Assembly (NCBI GenBank): GCA_035525825.1
Contig: DATLDP010000033.1
Location: 1-59,025 of the forward strand
DNA from: Candidatus Limnocylindria bacterium
GTDB lineage: Bacteria > Chloroflexota > Limnocylindria > Limnocylindrales > CSP1-4
Direction: 5' to 3'
Length of the DNA stretch: 59,025 nt
Part shown: in pieces, positions 19,592 through 29,299 of the stretch
How positions within the stretch are numbered: the stretch's first letter is position 1
How the letters are laid out: every line of letters begins with the position of its first letter
Translations under genes and position numbers: made by a program
Notes under the pieces: model-generated
Seen by the model: only the letters and a program-made list of their open reading frames with translations
What the model was told of the DNA's origin: nothing
Databases searched by the model: none

Positions 19592-20764
19592 GTGGAGCGG
19601 GACTACGACGCGATCGTCATCGGGCTCGGCGGGATCGGCATCGCGGCGGCGTACCGGCTCGCGGCGGCAGGCGGCGGTCGGCGCGTGCTGGGACTGGAGC
19701 AGTTCCAGCTGGGGCACGACAACGGCGCGTCCCAGGACGTCTCGCGGATCACGCGGCGCTCGTATCACCGGCGCGAGTACGTCGCGCTGGCGATCGAGGC
19801 CCAGGCGGCGTGGCGCGAGATCGAGGACGCGTCGGGCGAGACGGTCATCACGTGGACCGGCGGGCTCGACCTGGCGCCTCCGAACGCCGCTGAATCCATC
19901 GACGAATACGCGCAGGCCATGATCGCCGTCGGCGTCCCGTTCGAGTGGCTGGATGGCGGCGAGATCGTCCGGCGCTGGCCCCAATGGCGCCTTCACGCGG
20001 ACACGCGGGGCCTCTTCCAGGCGGATGCCGGGATCGCCGATCCGGAGCGCGGCAACGCGGCCCACCAGGCGCTGGCCCGGGCCGCGGGCGCGGATCTGCG
20101 CGAGCGAGCCCGCGTCGCGGCGATCGAGGACCACGGCGGTGAGCTCGCGGTCCTCACCGAGGATGGGCGCCGCATGACGGCGGGCTCCGTCGTGGTCGCC
20201 GCGGACGCCTGGACGAACGACCTCCTCGAACCGCTGGGGCACCGCATCCCACTCTCCGTCACGCGCGAGCAGGTGACCTGGTTCAAGGCGACGGAGCCGG
20301 AGCAATTCTCGCCGGAGCGCTTCCCGGTCTGGATCTGGCTTGACCAGCCGTCGTTCTATGGCTTCCCGACATGGCGCGGCCCCGGCCCGAAGGTCGGCGA
20401 GGACATCGGCGGCCGGCCGACCACGGCGAGGACTCGTGATTTCGCGGTCGACCCGGACTGCCTCGACCGCGTCCAGCGCTTCCTGTCGCGTCGGATGCCC
20501 GGCGCGTTGGGGCCGGCGGCGAAGACGAAGACCTGCCTCTACACGGTCACCCCGGATCGCGATTTCGTGGTGGATCGAGTCCCGGGCCACCCGGGCGTGA
20601 TCGTGGCGCTCGGGGCGGCACACGCCTACAAGTTCGGGGCGCTGTTCGGCGTGTGGCTGGCGAATCTCGCGCTGGATCCCACACGTAGCGCGCCCGGCCC
20701 GGAACGAGACGTCTTCGGCCTCGACCGTCCGGCCCTCGCGACGAATCTCGCAAGCGCGGGCTGA
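19592..20764 (+). CDS. Monomeric sarcosine oxidase / N-methyltryptophan oxidase-like flavoprotein
   Basis: VIGLGGIG FAD motif, GHDNGASQDVSRITRRSY, KTCLYT (covalent-FAD Cys position), AHAYKFG. Confidence 0.85.
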   Translation: MERDYDAIVIGLGGIGIAAAYRLAAAGGGRRVLGLEQFQLGHDNGASQDVSRITRRSYHRREYVALAIEAQAAWREIEDASGETVITWTGGLDLAPPNAAESIDEYAQAMIAVGVPFEWLDGGEIVRRWPQWRLHADTRGLFQADAGIADPERGNAAHQALARAAGADLRERARVAAIEDHGGELAVLTEDGRRMTAGSVVVAADAWTNDLLEPLGHRIPLSVTREQVTWFKATEPEQFSPERFPVWIWLDQPSFYGFPTWRGPGPKVGEDIGGRPTTARTRDFAVDPDCLDRVQRFLSRRMPGALGPAAKTKTCLYTVTPDRDFVVDRVPGHPGVIVALGAAHAYKFGALFGVWLANLALDPTRSAPGPERDVFGLDRPALATNLASAG

Positions 20765-20882
20765 CGATCCGGCGAATCGCGTTGCGCCATCGCGGAGAGC
20801 GTGCGAACCTAGCACCTCACTGCGCGATCCGAGGCACCTCGAGGAGTGGGCGCCCGCCGAGTCAGCGACGGAGGAGAAGCTC

Positions 20883-22805
20883 ATGCGAACGTCCCAGAGC
20901 CGCCGCGCGGCGGGGCTGCTAGCCACCCTCGCGCTGACCGGAGGTGCGCTCCTCGCCGGAGCCGCGGGCCCGGTGGCAGCCGCCGATCCAGTCGTCCTAT
21001 CGGTCGGAACGACGCAGGACCTGGATGCCTCGAACCCGTTCAACACGGAGCTGGTCGTCGGCTACGAGGCGTTCGCGCTGACGTACAGCCTCCTCGTGGA
21101 CTTCGACAAGGACACCCACGCGGCGCCAGGCTTCGCGGATACCTGGGAGCGCGCCGCTGATCGCGTCACCTTCAAGATCGGCGACAACCGGAAATGGTCA
21201 GACGGCGAGCCGGCGACATCCGAGGATGCCTGCTTCTCGTGGGGCCTCGCGCTCGCGGCAATCGCCGACGAGTCCTACATCGGCTCTGGCTACCTCGACC
21301 CGGGCGTCAAGGATGCCGGCGTGACGAAGATCGAGTGCCCGGATGCGAATACCTTCATCGCGTACACCGCGGACCCGTCCGACCGCATCTTCCAGGTCTA
21401 CGTCCCCATCCTGCCCAAGCACATCTGGGGCGAGCTCGACTACACCAAGATCGCCGAGGAGACCTTCGACGCGCCGCTCGTCGGCACCGGCCCATACACG
21501 CTGGCCGAGTGGAAGACGGGCCAGTTCGCCCGGTTCGTGCGGAACCCCAACTTCTGGGGCAAGCAGGGCTTCGCGGATGAGGTCGTGCTCCGCTTCTACG
21601 CGGACAACACGGACACGATGGTCCAGGCCCTCAAGAACGGCGAGCTCGACTACGTCCACGGCGTCAACGCCGACCAGTTCAAGCAGCTTCAGGGCGACAC
21701 GGCGACCTACACGGCGGTCGCCGGCGCGGCGAACGGCTGGACCCAGCTCGCCTTCAACACCTACGGGACCGGCACCGGCAAGACCATCAAGGGCGGTGGC
21801 GCCTCGACCAAGGCGCTCCAGGATGCCGCCTTCCGCGACGCCCTCGGCTACGCCGTGGACAAGCAGGTCCTCGTGGACCGCGTCCTTGGTGGCTTCGGCG
21901 ACCTCGGCGACACCGTTGTCCCGCCGGTCCTGACCGACTATCACGTCACGCCGGACACCGTCCGCACCTTCAACATCGACCTGGCCAAGCAGAAGCTCGA
22001 TACGGCCGGCTACGTCCTCGACAGCGCCGGGAAGCGGCTGGACAAGGAAGGCAAGCCGATCAACCTGCGGCTCTACTACCCGAACACGGACGACAACTAC
22101 AAGAAGGTCGCCCAGTTCGTGCAGGAGTGGTACGGCCAGCTCGGCATCGCCGTAACCCACCAGTCATTCGACAGCGACACCCTCACGGCGCTTCTCCTCC
22201 CGCCGGAATCCGGCGAGGACGGCGCCCTCGCGAAGTACGACATCGAGCTGTGGGGCTGGTCAGGAAGCCCGGACCCCAACGGCCTGCTGTACGTCTTCCT
22301 CTGCGACCAGATCGGCACGTCGTCGGACAGCAACTACTGCAACAAGGAGTACGACGACCTCTACGCCCTCGAGTCCAAGCAGGGTGGCGCGGAGCGGAAG
22401 GCGACGCTCTCCCAGATGCAGAACCTCATCTATGACGAGGCGCCGTACGACGTCCTGTACTACGACGCCAACCTGGATGTCTATCGCAACGATCGGTTCG
22501 CCGGCTGGCAGAACATGCCGTCGAACGGCACGCCGTTCTTCACCTACGGGACCCTGAACTACACGCTCCTCACCGACGCCACCGCGGTGCCGACACCCGG
22601 ACCCACGGTGGTGGCCACTGCGGGCGCGACCGCCGCGCCCGGAGCGACCACGACGCCCACGGCAACGCAGCCACCCAGCACGGGTGGCACCTCGTCCGGC
22701 GGCAACATGACGCCGGTGATCCTCCTGGCTGCCGTCGCGGCGATCGTGCTCGGCGGCTGGTGGTTCATGCGGCGCCGAAAGGGCCCGGCGGTCGAAGAGG
22801 AATAG
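20883..22805 (+). CDS. Peptide/nickel (family 5) ABC substrate-binding protein with P/T linker and C-terminal membrane anchor
   Basis: Signal peptide without lipobox; VGTGPY; WSDGEP; C-terminal SSGG-TM-RRRK. SD ggagga. Confidence 0.88.
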   Translation: MRTSQSRRAAGLLATLALTGGALLAGAAGPVAAADPVVLSVGTTQDLDASNPFNTELVVGYEAFALTYSLLVDFDKDTHAAPGFADTWERAADRVTFKIGDNRKWSDGEPATSEDACFSWGLALAAIADESYIGSGYLDPGVKDAGVTKIECPDANTFIAYTADPSDRIFQVYVPILPKHIWGELDYTKIAEETFDAPLVGTGPYTLAEWKTGQFARFVRNPNFWGKQGFADEVVLRFYADNTDTMVQALKNGELDYVHGVNADQFKQLQGDTATYTAVAGAANGWTQLAFNTYGTGTGKTIKGGGASTKALQDAAFRDALGYAVDKQVLVDRVLGGFGDLGDTVVPPVLTDYHVTPDTVRTFNIDLAKQKLDTAGYVLDSAGKRLDKEGKPINLRLYYPNTDDNYKKVAQFVQEWYGQLGIAVTHQSFDSDTLTALLLPPESGEDGALAKYDIELWGWSGSPDPNGLLYVFLCDQIGTSSDSNYCNKEYDDLYALESKQGGAERKATLSQMQNLIYDEAPYDVLYYDANLDVYRNDRFAGWQNMPSNGTPFFTYGTLNYTLLTDATAVPTPGPTVVATAGATAAPGATTTPTATQPPSTGGTSSGGNMTPVILLAAVAAIVLGGWWFMRRRKGPAVEEE

Positions 22806-22835
22806 CTCCGTCCGGGGCTTCGAAACCGTGAATGG

Positions 22836-22865
22836 GTTGAAGGCCGCCTTCGGGCGGCCTTCAAC
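22836..22865 (+). promoter_or_regulatory. Stable UUCG-tetraloop stem-loop between the SBP and permease genes
   Basis: gttgaaggccgcc-ttcg-ggcggccttcaac, a 13-bp perfect stem without a U tail. Confidence 0.7.
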
Positions 22866-22886
22866 GACCCTGGACCCGCAGCCGGC

Positions 22887-23855
22887 ATGAGCGCCGGCTA
22901 CTTCGTCCGGAAGCTCGCCCAGGCGCTGGTCACGATCTTCGCGATCATCATCCTCAACTTCGTGCTCTTCCGGCTGATGCCGGGATCTCCGGAGCGCGCG
23001 ACCCGCAACCCTCATCTCACGGCCGAGCTCATCGCCCAGAACCGGGCTCGGTGGGGCCTGGACAAGCCCCTCTTCCCCGATCAGCTGGTCAACTACGTCC
23101 AGGAGACCCTGACCGGCGACCTCGGCTACTCGATCAAGTACCGCGGCCAGCCGGTCGTTGACGTGGTCCTCGAGGCGGCGGGTCCCACGATCCTGCTGAT
23201 CGGCCTCGGGGAGCTGGTCGCGATCGTGGTGGGGCTGGCGATCGGCGCGCGCTCGGGCTGGTCACGAGGGGGAATCGGCGATCGGATCGGGAACGGCCTG
23301 AGCCTGATCTTCTACTCGATGCCGTACTTCGTCATCGGCATGCCCCTGATCATCATCTTTGCGGCGGGCCTGCACTGGTTCCCGACCTCCGGGATGACCA
23401 CGCCCGGCGGGAACAAGGACCTGTTCGCGACGCTCTGGGATCTTGGGCGGCACCTGGTGCTGCCGCTGGCCACCGTGTCCATCGGCCTGATCGGTGCGTA
23501 CTCGATCCTCATGCGAGCTTCGATCATCGATACCCGGGCAGAGGACTACATCACCACCGCCCGAGCGAAGGGCCTGTCCGACGGCCGGATCCTGCGCTCG
23601 CACGCCTTCCCGAACGCCCTCCTGCCCATGGTCACGCTGATCGCGATCAACCTGGGCTATGTCGTGGCCGGCGCGATCACGGCCGAGATCGTCTTCACCT
23701 GGCCGGGGCTGGGGACGCTGACCGTCCAGGCCCTGGACGCCCGCGACTACCCGCTGCTGCAGGCGCTCTTTCTCCTCGTCGCCGTCTCCGTGGTGCTCGC
23801 GAACTTCCTGGCCGATCTCGTCTACGGCTATCTCGACCCCAGGGTCCGGGCGTGA
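22887..23855 (+). CDS. Oligopeptide ABC permease OppB/DppB-like
   Basis: GDLGYS, MRASIIDTRAEDYITTARAKG, DYPLLQA. Confidence 0.92.
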   Translation: MSAGYFVRKLAQALVTIFAIIILNFVLFRLMPGSPERATRNPHLTAELIAQNRARWGLDKPLFPDQLVNYVQETLTGDLGYSIKYRGQPVVDVVLEAAGPTILLIGLGELVAIVVGLAIGARSGWSRGGIGDRIGNGLSLIFYSMPYFVIGMPLIIIFAAGLHWFPTSGMTTPGGNKDLFATLWDLGRHLVLPLATVSIGLIGAYSILMRASIIDTRAEDYITTARAKGLSDGRILRSHAFPNALLPMVTLIAINLGYVVAGAITAEIVFTWPGLGTLTVQALDARDYPLLQALFLLVAVSVVLANFLADLVYGYLDPRVRA

Positions 23856-24799
23856 GCGTCACGGGCATCACCGAGCCCGATCTGGGCCTCGAGGTCGTGC
23901 GGCGCCGCGGCGACCGGGCCCGGGGCTTCATCGCTCGGGGCCTCGGCCGATCGGACGGGCGCGTCGGCGTGGCGATCCTCGCCGTGTTCGCCGTGCTGGC
24001 CATCGCGCCATCGCTGTTCGTGGGGCCGCTCCAGACCGTGGTCACGGCAACGGGGTCCTCGCTGGAGGGACCCAGCTCGGCCCACCTGCTCGGGACCGAC
24101 GAGGCAGGACGTGACGTGCTCAACCTCACCGTCCACGGCGCGCGGATCTCGATGACGATCGGCCTGATGGCCACGTTGATCACGATCGTCATCGGCTCGC
24201 TGGTCGGGATCGTGTCCGGCTACGTCGGCGGCTTCGTCGACACGGTGCTGATGCGGATCTCGGACTTCTTCCTCGTCCTGCCCACGATCGTGCTGGCCCT
24301 GATCCTGGCCCCGATCATCCTCGACATCATCGGCCCCGAGGCGGAGTTCGCCGGGATTCGGGCAACCCTTCTCGTGATCGTCGTGGTCATCGGGGTGACG
24401 AGCTGGGCCACAACGGCCCGGATCATCCGCAGCCAGGTCCTGTCGCTCAAGGAGCGGATGTTCGTGGACCGGGCGCGGGTCATCGGCGCGAGCTCCCTCC
24501 AGATCATGTGGCGGCACATCATGCCGAACGTGGTGAACCTGATCGTCGCGCAGGCAGTCCTCACCTTCGCGACCGCCGTCTTCACCGAGACGACGCTGGC
24601 CTTCATCGGCCTGGGCGATCCAACAGCGCCGTCGTGGGGCGAGCTGCTCAACAGCGCCCAGTCCTCCGGCGCGCCCGGCCTCGGCGCCTGGTGGTACATC
24701 GCGCCGCCCGCCGTGTCCGTGGTCCTCGTCGTGGTCTCGTTCACGCTCGTCGGCAACGCCCTCGACGACCTCCTCAACCCGAGGACTCGCCGCCGATGA
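23852..24799 (+). CDS. Oligopeptide ABC permease OppC/DppC-like
   Basis: HLLGTDEAGRD, ARIIRSQVLSLKE, FIGLGDP, NALDDLLNPR. Confidence 0.92.
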   Translation: MSVTGITEPDLGLEVVRRRGDRARGFIARGLGRSDGRVGVAILAVFAVLAIAPSLFVGPLQTVVTATGSSLEGPSSAHLLGTDEAGRDVLNLTVHGARISMTIGLMATLITIVIGSLVGIVSGYVGGFVDTVLMRISDFFLVLPTIVLALILAPIILDIIGPEAEFAGIRATLLVIVVVIGVTSWATTARIIRSQVLSLKERMFVDRARVIGASSLQIMWRHIMPNVVNLIVAQAVLTFATAVFTETTLAFIGLGDPTAPSWGELLNSAQSSGAPGLGAWWYIAPPAVSVVLVVVSFTLVGNALDDLLNPRTRRR

Positions 24800-25962
24800 C
24801 CGACCACAACCGCATCCCCGAGACCGTCGCGCTTCCGAGCGATGCAACCATCGCGCCCGCCTTGGCCGCCGAGATCCGCGGCCGGCGGACCTGGCCGCTG
24901 CCCAAGCTCGCGGACCCCGCGGCGCCGCTGCTCCAGGTGAGCGACCTGCGAACCCACTTCCGGACGGAGCGCGGCTGGGTCCGCGCGGTCGATGGCGTCT
25001 CGTTCGGGCTGGCGGACGGCGAGGCGCTGGGGCTTGCGGGCGAGTCCGGCTGCGGCAAGACAACCACCGCGCTGTCGCTGATCCGGCTCCTGCCCTCGAA
25101 CGCGCGGATCCGTGAAGGCAAGGTGGAGCTGTTCGGGATCGACCTCGTCCAGAAGTCCGAGGCGGCCCTCCAGCGCTACCGCTGGCGCGAGATCAGCATC
25201 GTCTTCCAGGGCGCGATGAACGCGCTGAACCCGGTTCGCCGGGTTCGGGACCAGATCGCCGAGCCGCTGCGGTATCGGTTGGACCAGTCGGACAAGGCAG
25301 CCACGACCCGCGCCGTCGAGCTGCTGGACCTCGTCGGGATCCCGCGGAAGCGCTCCGGCGCGTATCCCCACGAGCTGTCCGGCGGCATGCGCCAGCGCGC
25401 GATGATCGCGATGGCACTAGCGTGCGATCCGGCCATCGTCATCGGCGACGAGCCGACGACGGCCCTCGACGTCATGGTCCAGGCGCAGATCCTCCAGCTC
25501 CTGGAGCAGCTCCGGAGGGACCTCGGCCTGTCGCTGATGCTGATCACCCACGACCTTTCGGTGATCGCGGAGACATGCGACCGCGTGCTGGTCATGTACG
25601 CCGGCCGGGTCGCGGAGGAGGGCCCCGTGTCGCGCGTCTTCACCGCGCCGCGCCACCCCTATACCCGCAAGCTCCTCGCTTCGTTCCCGAACATCCACGC
25701 GGATCGGCGAACGCTGGACGTCATCCCCGGCGAGCCCCCGGACCTGGTGACGCCGCCGAGCGGATGCCGGTTCACGCCGCGCTGCCCGTACGCGATGCCC
25801 GTCTGCAGCGAGGTCGTCCCGCCGGAGGTCCGGTTCGCGGATGGCGTCCGCGTGGCGTGCCACCTGTTCCCGCCAACGGACCCCGATGTTGTCGAGGTTC
25901 CGCCGACACCGCCGACGACCGCCCCGAAGGAGCGCGCCTCGGCGCCGACGGCGCCGGCATGA
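24796..25962 (+). CDS. Oligopeptide ABC ATPase OppD/DppD-like
   Basis: GESGCGKTT, YPHELSGGMRQR, C-terminal GCRFTPRCP...C...CH; ATGA overlap with the upstream gene. Confidence 0.92.
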   Translation: MTDHNRIPETVALPSDATIAPALAAEIRGRRTWPLPKLADPAAPLLQVSDLRTHFRTERGWVRAVDGVSFGLADGEALGLAGESGCGKTTTALSLIRLLPSNARIREGKVELFGIDLVQKSEAALQRYRWREISIVFQGAMNALNPVRRVRDQIAEPLRYRLDQSDKAATTRAVELLDLVGIPRKRSGAYPHELSGGMRQRAMIAMALACDPAIVIGDEPTTALDVMVQAQILQLLEQLRRDLGLSLMLITHDLSVIAETCDRVLVMYAGRVAEEGPVSRVFTAPRHPYTRKLLASFPNIHADRRTLDVIPGEPPDLVTPPSGCRFTPRCPYAMPVCSEVVPPEVRFADGVRVACHLFPPTDPDVVEVPPTPPTTAPKERASAPTAPA

Positions 25963-27020
25963 CGGAGCTGCTCCGACTCTCGAACCTCGAGGTCCACTTC
26001 CCGGTTCGGCACGGGCTTGGCGACACGCTGCTGCGGCGCGCGCCCCAGGTCGTCCGCGCCGTCGATGGGATCGACCTCTCGATCGAGAAGGGCGAGGTCC
26101 TGGGGCTGGTCGGAGAGTCCGGCTCCGGCAAGACGACCACCGGCCGGGTGATCGTGAAGCTGACGCGGCAGACCGCTGGCTCGGTGACCTTCGACGGCCA
26201 GGATGTGTCCGACCTCTGGGGCACCGGGCCGCTGCGGGACTATCGCCGCCGGGTCCAGCTGATCTTCCAGGACCCCTACGAGACGCTGGACCCGAAGCAC
26301 ACGATCGGCGCCTTCGTCGCGGAGCCGCTGATCGTCAACGGGCTAGGTGGCTCGGCGAAGGAGCGGCGCGAGGCGGTCGTCAATGCCCTCGAGGCCGCCG
26401 GTTTGCGGCCGGGCGCGGCGTACGCGGCGCGCTACCCCCATGAGCTCTCGGGCGGGCAGCGGCAGCGGGTGGTGATCGCGGGCGCGCTCGTGCTCGAGCC
26501 CGAGCTGGTCGTGGCGGACGAGCCGGTGAGCATGCTCGACGTCTCGATCCGGACGGAGCTCCTGCGGCTGATGCTGGACCTGCGCAAGGAGCGCGGCCTG
26601 ACCTACCTCTTCATCACCCACGACCTGTCGCTCGCGTGGGTCATCGCGGATCGGGTGGCGGTGATGTACCTCGGCAAGATCGTGGAGATCGGGCCGGCGG
26701 ACCGGGTCATCTCCACGCCGCGACACCCGTACACGGCGGCCCTGGTGTCCGTGTCGCCCTCGCCGGACCCGCCGGCGGCCGGCCAGCGCGCCAAACGGAC
26801 GATCCTCGTCGGCGAAACGCCGGACGCCTCCGCGATCCCGTCAGGCTGCCGGTTTCGAACCCGCTGCCCCCTCGCCTTCGATCGCTGCGCGGTCGAGGAG
26901 CCGCCGCTCATCGACGTCGGCGACGGCCAGTCTGCTGCGTGCTGGCTCGCGGAGACGAGCGCTCCAACGGCCCTGGCGGTCGGAGAAGTCGAATCGAATC
27001 CAGGTGCCACGACGCGCTGA
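25959..27020 (+). CDS. Oligopeptide ABC ATPase OppF/DppF-like
   Basis: GESGSGKTT, QLIFQDPY, LSGGQRQR, GCRFRTRCP. Confidence 0.92.
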   Translation: MTELLRLSNLEVHFPVRHGLGDTLLRRAPQVVRAVDGIDLSIEKGEVLGLVGESGSGKTTTGRVIVKLTRQTAGSVTFDGQDVSDLWGTGPLRDYRRRVQLIFQDPYETLDPKHTIGAFVAEPLIVNGLGGSAKERREAVVNALEAAGLRPGAAYAARYPHELSGGQRQRVVIAGALVLEPELVVADEPVSMLDVSIRTELLRLMLDLRKERGLTYLFITHDLSLAWVIADRVAVMYLGKIVEIGPADRVISTPRHPYTAALVSVSPSPDPPAAGQRAKRTILVGETPDASAIPSGCRFRTRCPLAFDRCAVEEPPLIDVGDGQSAACWLAETSAPTALAVGEVESNPGATTR

Positions 27021-27033
27021 ACTGTGCGGCGAG

Positions 27034-27414
27034 TCAGCGCTTGTCAGCGGTGTCCGCGGCGGAGCGACTGCGCGCTTCTGTTTCGGCGTCGTGGTAGTGG
27101 TCCCGGGCAGCCGTCTCGGCAGCCCTGGCGTCCTCCTCCGTGAGCCGCGCGTCACCGACACCCGGATTTCGCTGCCATGCCGCGAATGCGGTGGCCCGGT
27201 CAGCAGCGGCCTGGGCGCTATCGGCGGCTCGCTGAGCGGCCTCGACTGCTTTCCGTGCCAGCTCCGCGATCACGGCGACCGCGTCTGCATCGGTGTCGGC
27301 CTTGTCCGCCGCCTCTTCAACGAAGCGGGCATGTTCGGCAGCCTCCTGAGCCGCCCGCGTGGCTTCACGCCACGCTGCGAGCAGGTGTGCGGTCGTGACG
27401 CGCCTGTCATCCAC
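27034..27414 (-). CDS. Hypothetical Ala-rich helical protein
   Basis: Amphipathic coiled-coil-like sequence beginning LLAAWREATRAA. Start uncertain (the ORF extends to 27534). Confidence 0.6.
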   Translation of the reverse strand: MDDRRVTTAHLLAAWREATRAAQEAAEHARFVEEAADKADTDADAVAVIAELARKAVEAAQRAADSAQAAADRATAFAAWQRNPGVGDARLTEEDARAAETAARDHYHDAETEARSRSAADTADKR

Positions 27415-27530
27415 GAGCTCATGATCGCCGATGCGCCGTGCCACGTTCACGTTGAGCACTCGCCGCGATGTTGCGACCGCGTGTCGAGCGTCCCGCCAGA
27501 CAACCCTCTTGTGCTGCATCGGCCCAACAG

Positions 27531-27854
27531 TCATCGGTTGTCGCCACTGGCGTTCTTCATATCCCGGTCCCCGCGGCGGGCCTGCTCCCAGATGTCGGCG
27601 GCGACGTCCTCGGTGTCCTGTGTGGCGGCGTCGAAATCGGGCGTTGAGGGCGTCGAACGCGAGCGTCTGTCCTCGGCCTCATGCAGACGAGCGAGGTTTT
27701 CGACCATGCCCTCGGTGTAGAGGCTGTGGTACGCGTCGCGGAGTCGTGCGACGTTCGCCTCGCGCTCGCGGCCATCGCCGCTCGCCACCAGGTCGCGTTC
27801 AGCCTCGCGCCAAAGGTCGAGCGCTTCCTGGAGAGCTTCTCTCCGACTGACCAT
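27531..27854 (-). CDS. Hypothetical helical protein (107 aa)
   Basis: Protein-like composition with ALDLWREAERDL; not overlapped by any recognisable gene. Confidence 0.65.
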   Translation of the reverse strand: MVSRREALQEALDLWREAERDLVASGDGREREANVARLRDAYHSLYTEGMVENLARLHEAEDRRSRSTPSTPDFDAATQDTEDVAADIWEQARRGDRDMKNASGDNR

Positions 27855-28043
27855 GTGCCCACCGGGCTTTCGGTTTCAAGTCGGAAAAGACGGGCGTTCT
27901 GCCCATTTGGCTGGTTCAACCTGAGGGGCAAGTGTGGCCCTCGGGTACCCTCGACGCCCGTCCAGCCGCCGTGACGAGGTCACGGCTGTGTTGCAGGTCG
28001 CAGTTCCGCGAGAGGTTCGCCCGCTCGAGATCGCGACGCGGAT

Positions 28044-28280
28044 CTAGGCGGCGAGGATCGGGCGCCCGCTCCGGTCGTGGGGCGCGTCGATGCACGCCGG
28101 GTTGTCGCCACGGGCGTCGCGGCCGCCCATCCGGCCGAAGTGGAACCACGGTGCTTCGTCCGCGGTGCCGCTCGCCTCGAGCCGGCAGCCGCAGGCGGCG
28201 CAGGTAACGGGTGCGATCTGGCCGTCCCGCACGGCACGCGGTCGATCTGGCGCCTCGTTGATCTCGAGCGTCATGGCCAT
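28044..28280 (-). CDS. Small putative metal-binding protein (CxxCxC...HF...C...H)
   Basis: SD ggaagggg before ATG; CAACGC, WFHF and CIDAPH. Confidence 0.65.
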   Translation of the reverse strand: MAMTLEINEAPDRPRAVRDGQIAPVTCAACGCRLEASGTADEAPWFHFGRMGGRDARGDNPACIDAPHDRSGRPILAA

Positions 28281-28428
28281 CCCCTTCCGGCCGCCCGGCC
28301 TGCCCCGGGTCGTGGGCGAGAATCTGCGCTCCTCGCGACGCCCAGTCAGGGGCACGGGTGTTTCCGTCAGGTTGCGAACCGGTGAACCTTGGAGTCGAAC
28401 GGGGTCCGATCCCGTCTCACCGCGCCGA

Positions 28429-29289
28429 TCAGCCCTCGCTGAAGTCCCACTCGTCGATGTCGTTCACCCGCTGGTAGCCGATGTCCTGGTAGATCTTGTT
28501 CGAGGTTGGGTTCGCGAGGTCCGTGAAGAGGAAGACGTAGTCGCGGCCGGCATCGAGCTGCCGTTGCGTCACGCCCGCGACGAGGTTGCTGGCGTAGCCG
28601 TGCCCACGCAACTCCGGCGGCGTGTACACCGGCCCGATCCGGATCCCATGGGGCGTCAGTCCGCCGACGCCGGTCATCGAGACGGCCCGGCCGCCGTCGA
28701 ACCAGAGCCATGCCTCCCGGCCGATCCCCCGAACCCAGCGGTCGGCGAGCGCCTCGAAATCCTGAACCGGCCCGCCGGGCAGCGCCTCGTTCATGAATGC
28801 CTCGACCCAGTCGCGGACGAGGACTCGATCGCCCTGGACCGCACGCCGCATCTCGCCCGTCGTGGGCCTCGGCGGGATGACGTGCGTCAGCTGGAAGCTC
28901 CGCTCATGGCGGATGAGCCGTGCTGGGGCGCCGGTCCGCTCGCGCCACGCCTCCGCGAAGTGGGTCACGGCTTCGGAAGGCCCGACAGCGCCGGGAATCG
29001 GCCCGCCCGCGACGTCCTTCGAGAGGTCCTCCGCGAGCCGGTGGACCGCGCCGGGGTGATCCATCATCGAGACGACGACCCGCCACGGCGGCGTTCGGAT
29101 CGCGGCGCCGACCACTCGATCTCCATGGAGCGCGGCCGCGAGATATGGCGCCGCGATGTACTGGTTCGGGTCCGCCTCGATCGAGGAGCAGATCCCGAAG
29201 ATCAGGTTGTGCTCGGCCTCGCGCTCGGCGAGGAACTCGCCGGCGACGTCCATGAAAGCGGCAACGGAGCTCGCGCGCAGGATCTCCAC
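28429..29289 (-). CDS. GNAT family N-acetyltransferase (tandem GNAT, FR47-like C-terminus)
   Basis: EREAEHNLIFG; RIGPVYTPPELRGHGYAS; LFTDLANPTSNKIYQDIGY. GTG start placed 7 nt after TAGCCT. Confidence 0.88.
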   Translation of the reverse strand: MEILRASSVAAFMDVAGEFLAEREAEHNLIFGICSSIEADPNQYIAAPYLAAALHGDRVVGAAIRTPPWRVVVSMMDHPGAVHRLAEDLSKDVAGGPIPGAVGPSEAVTHFAEAWRERTGAPARLIRHERSFQLTHVIPPRPTTGEMRRAVQGDRVLVRDWVEAFMNEALPGGPVQDFEALADRWVRGIGREAWLWFDGGRAVSMTGVGGLTPHGIRIGPVYTPPELRGHGYASNLVAGVTQRQLDAGRDYVFLFTDLANPTSNKIYQDIGYQRVNDIDEWDFSEG

Positions 29290-29299
29290 GACGGTGAGG

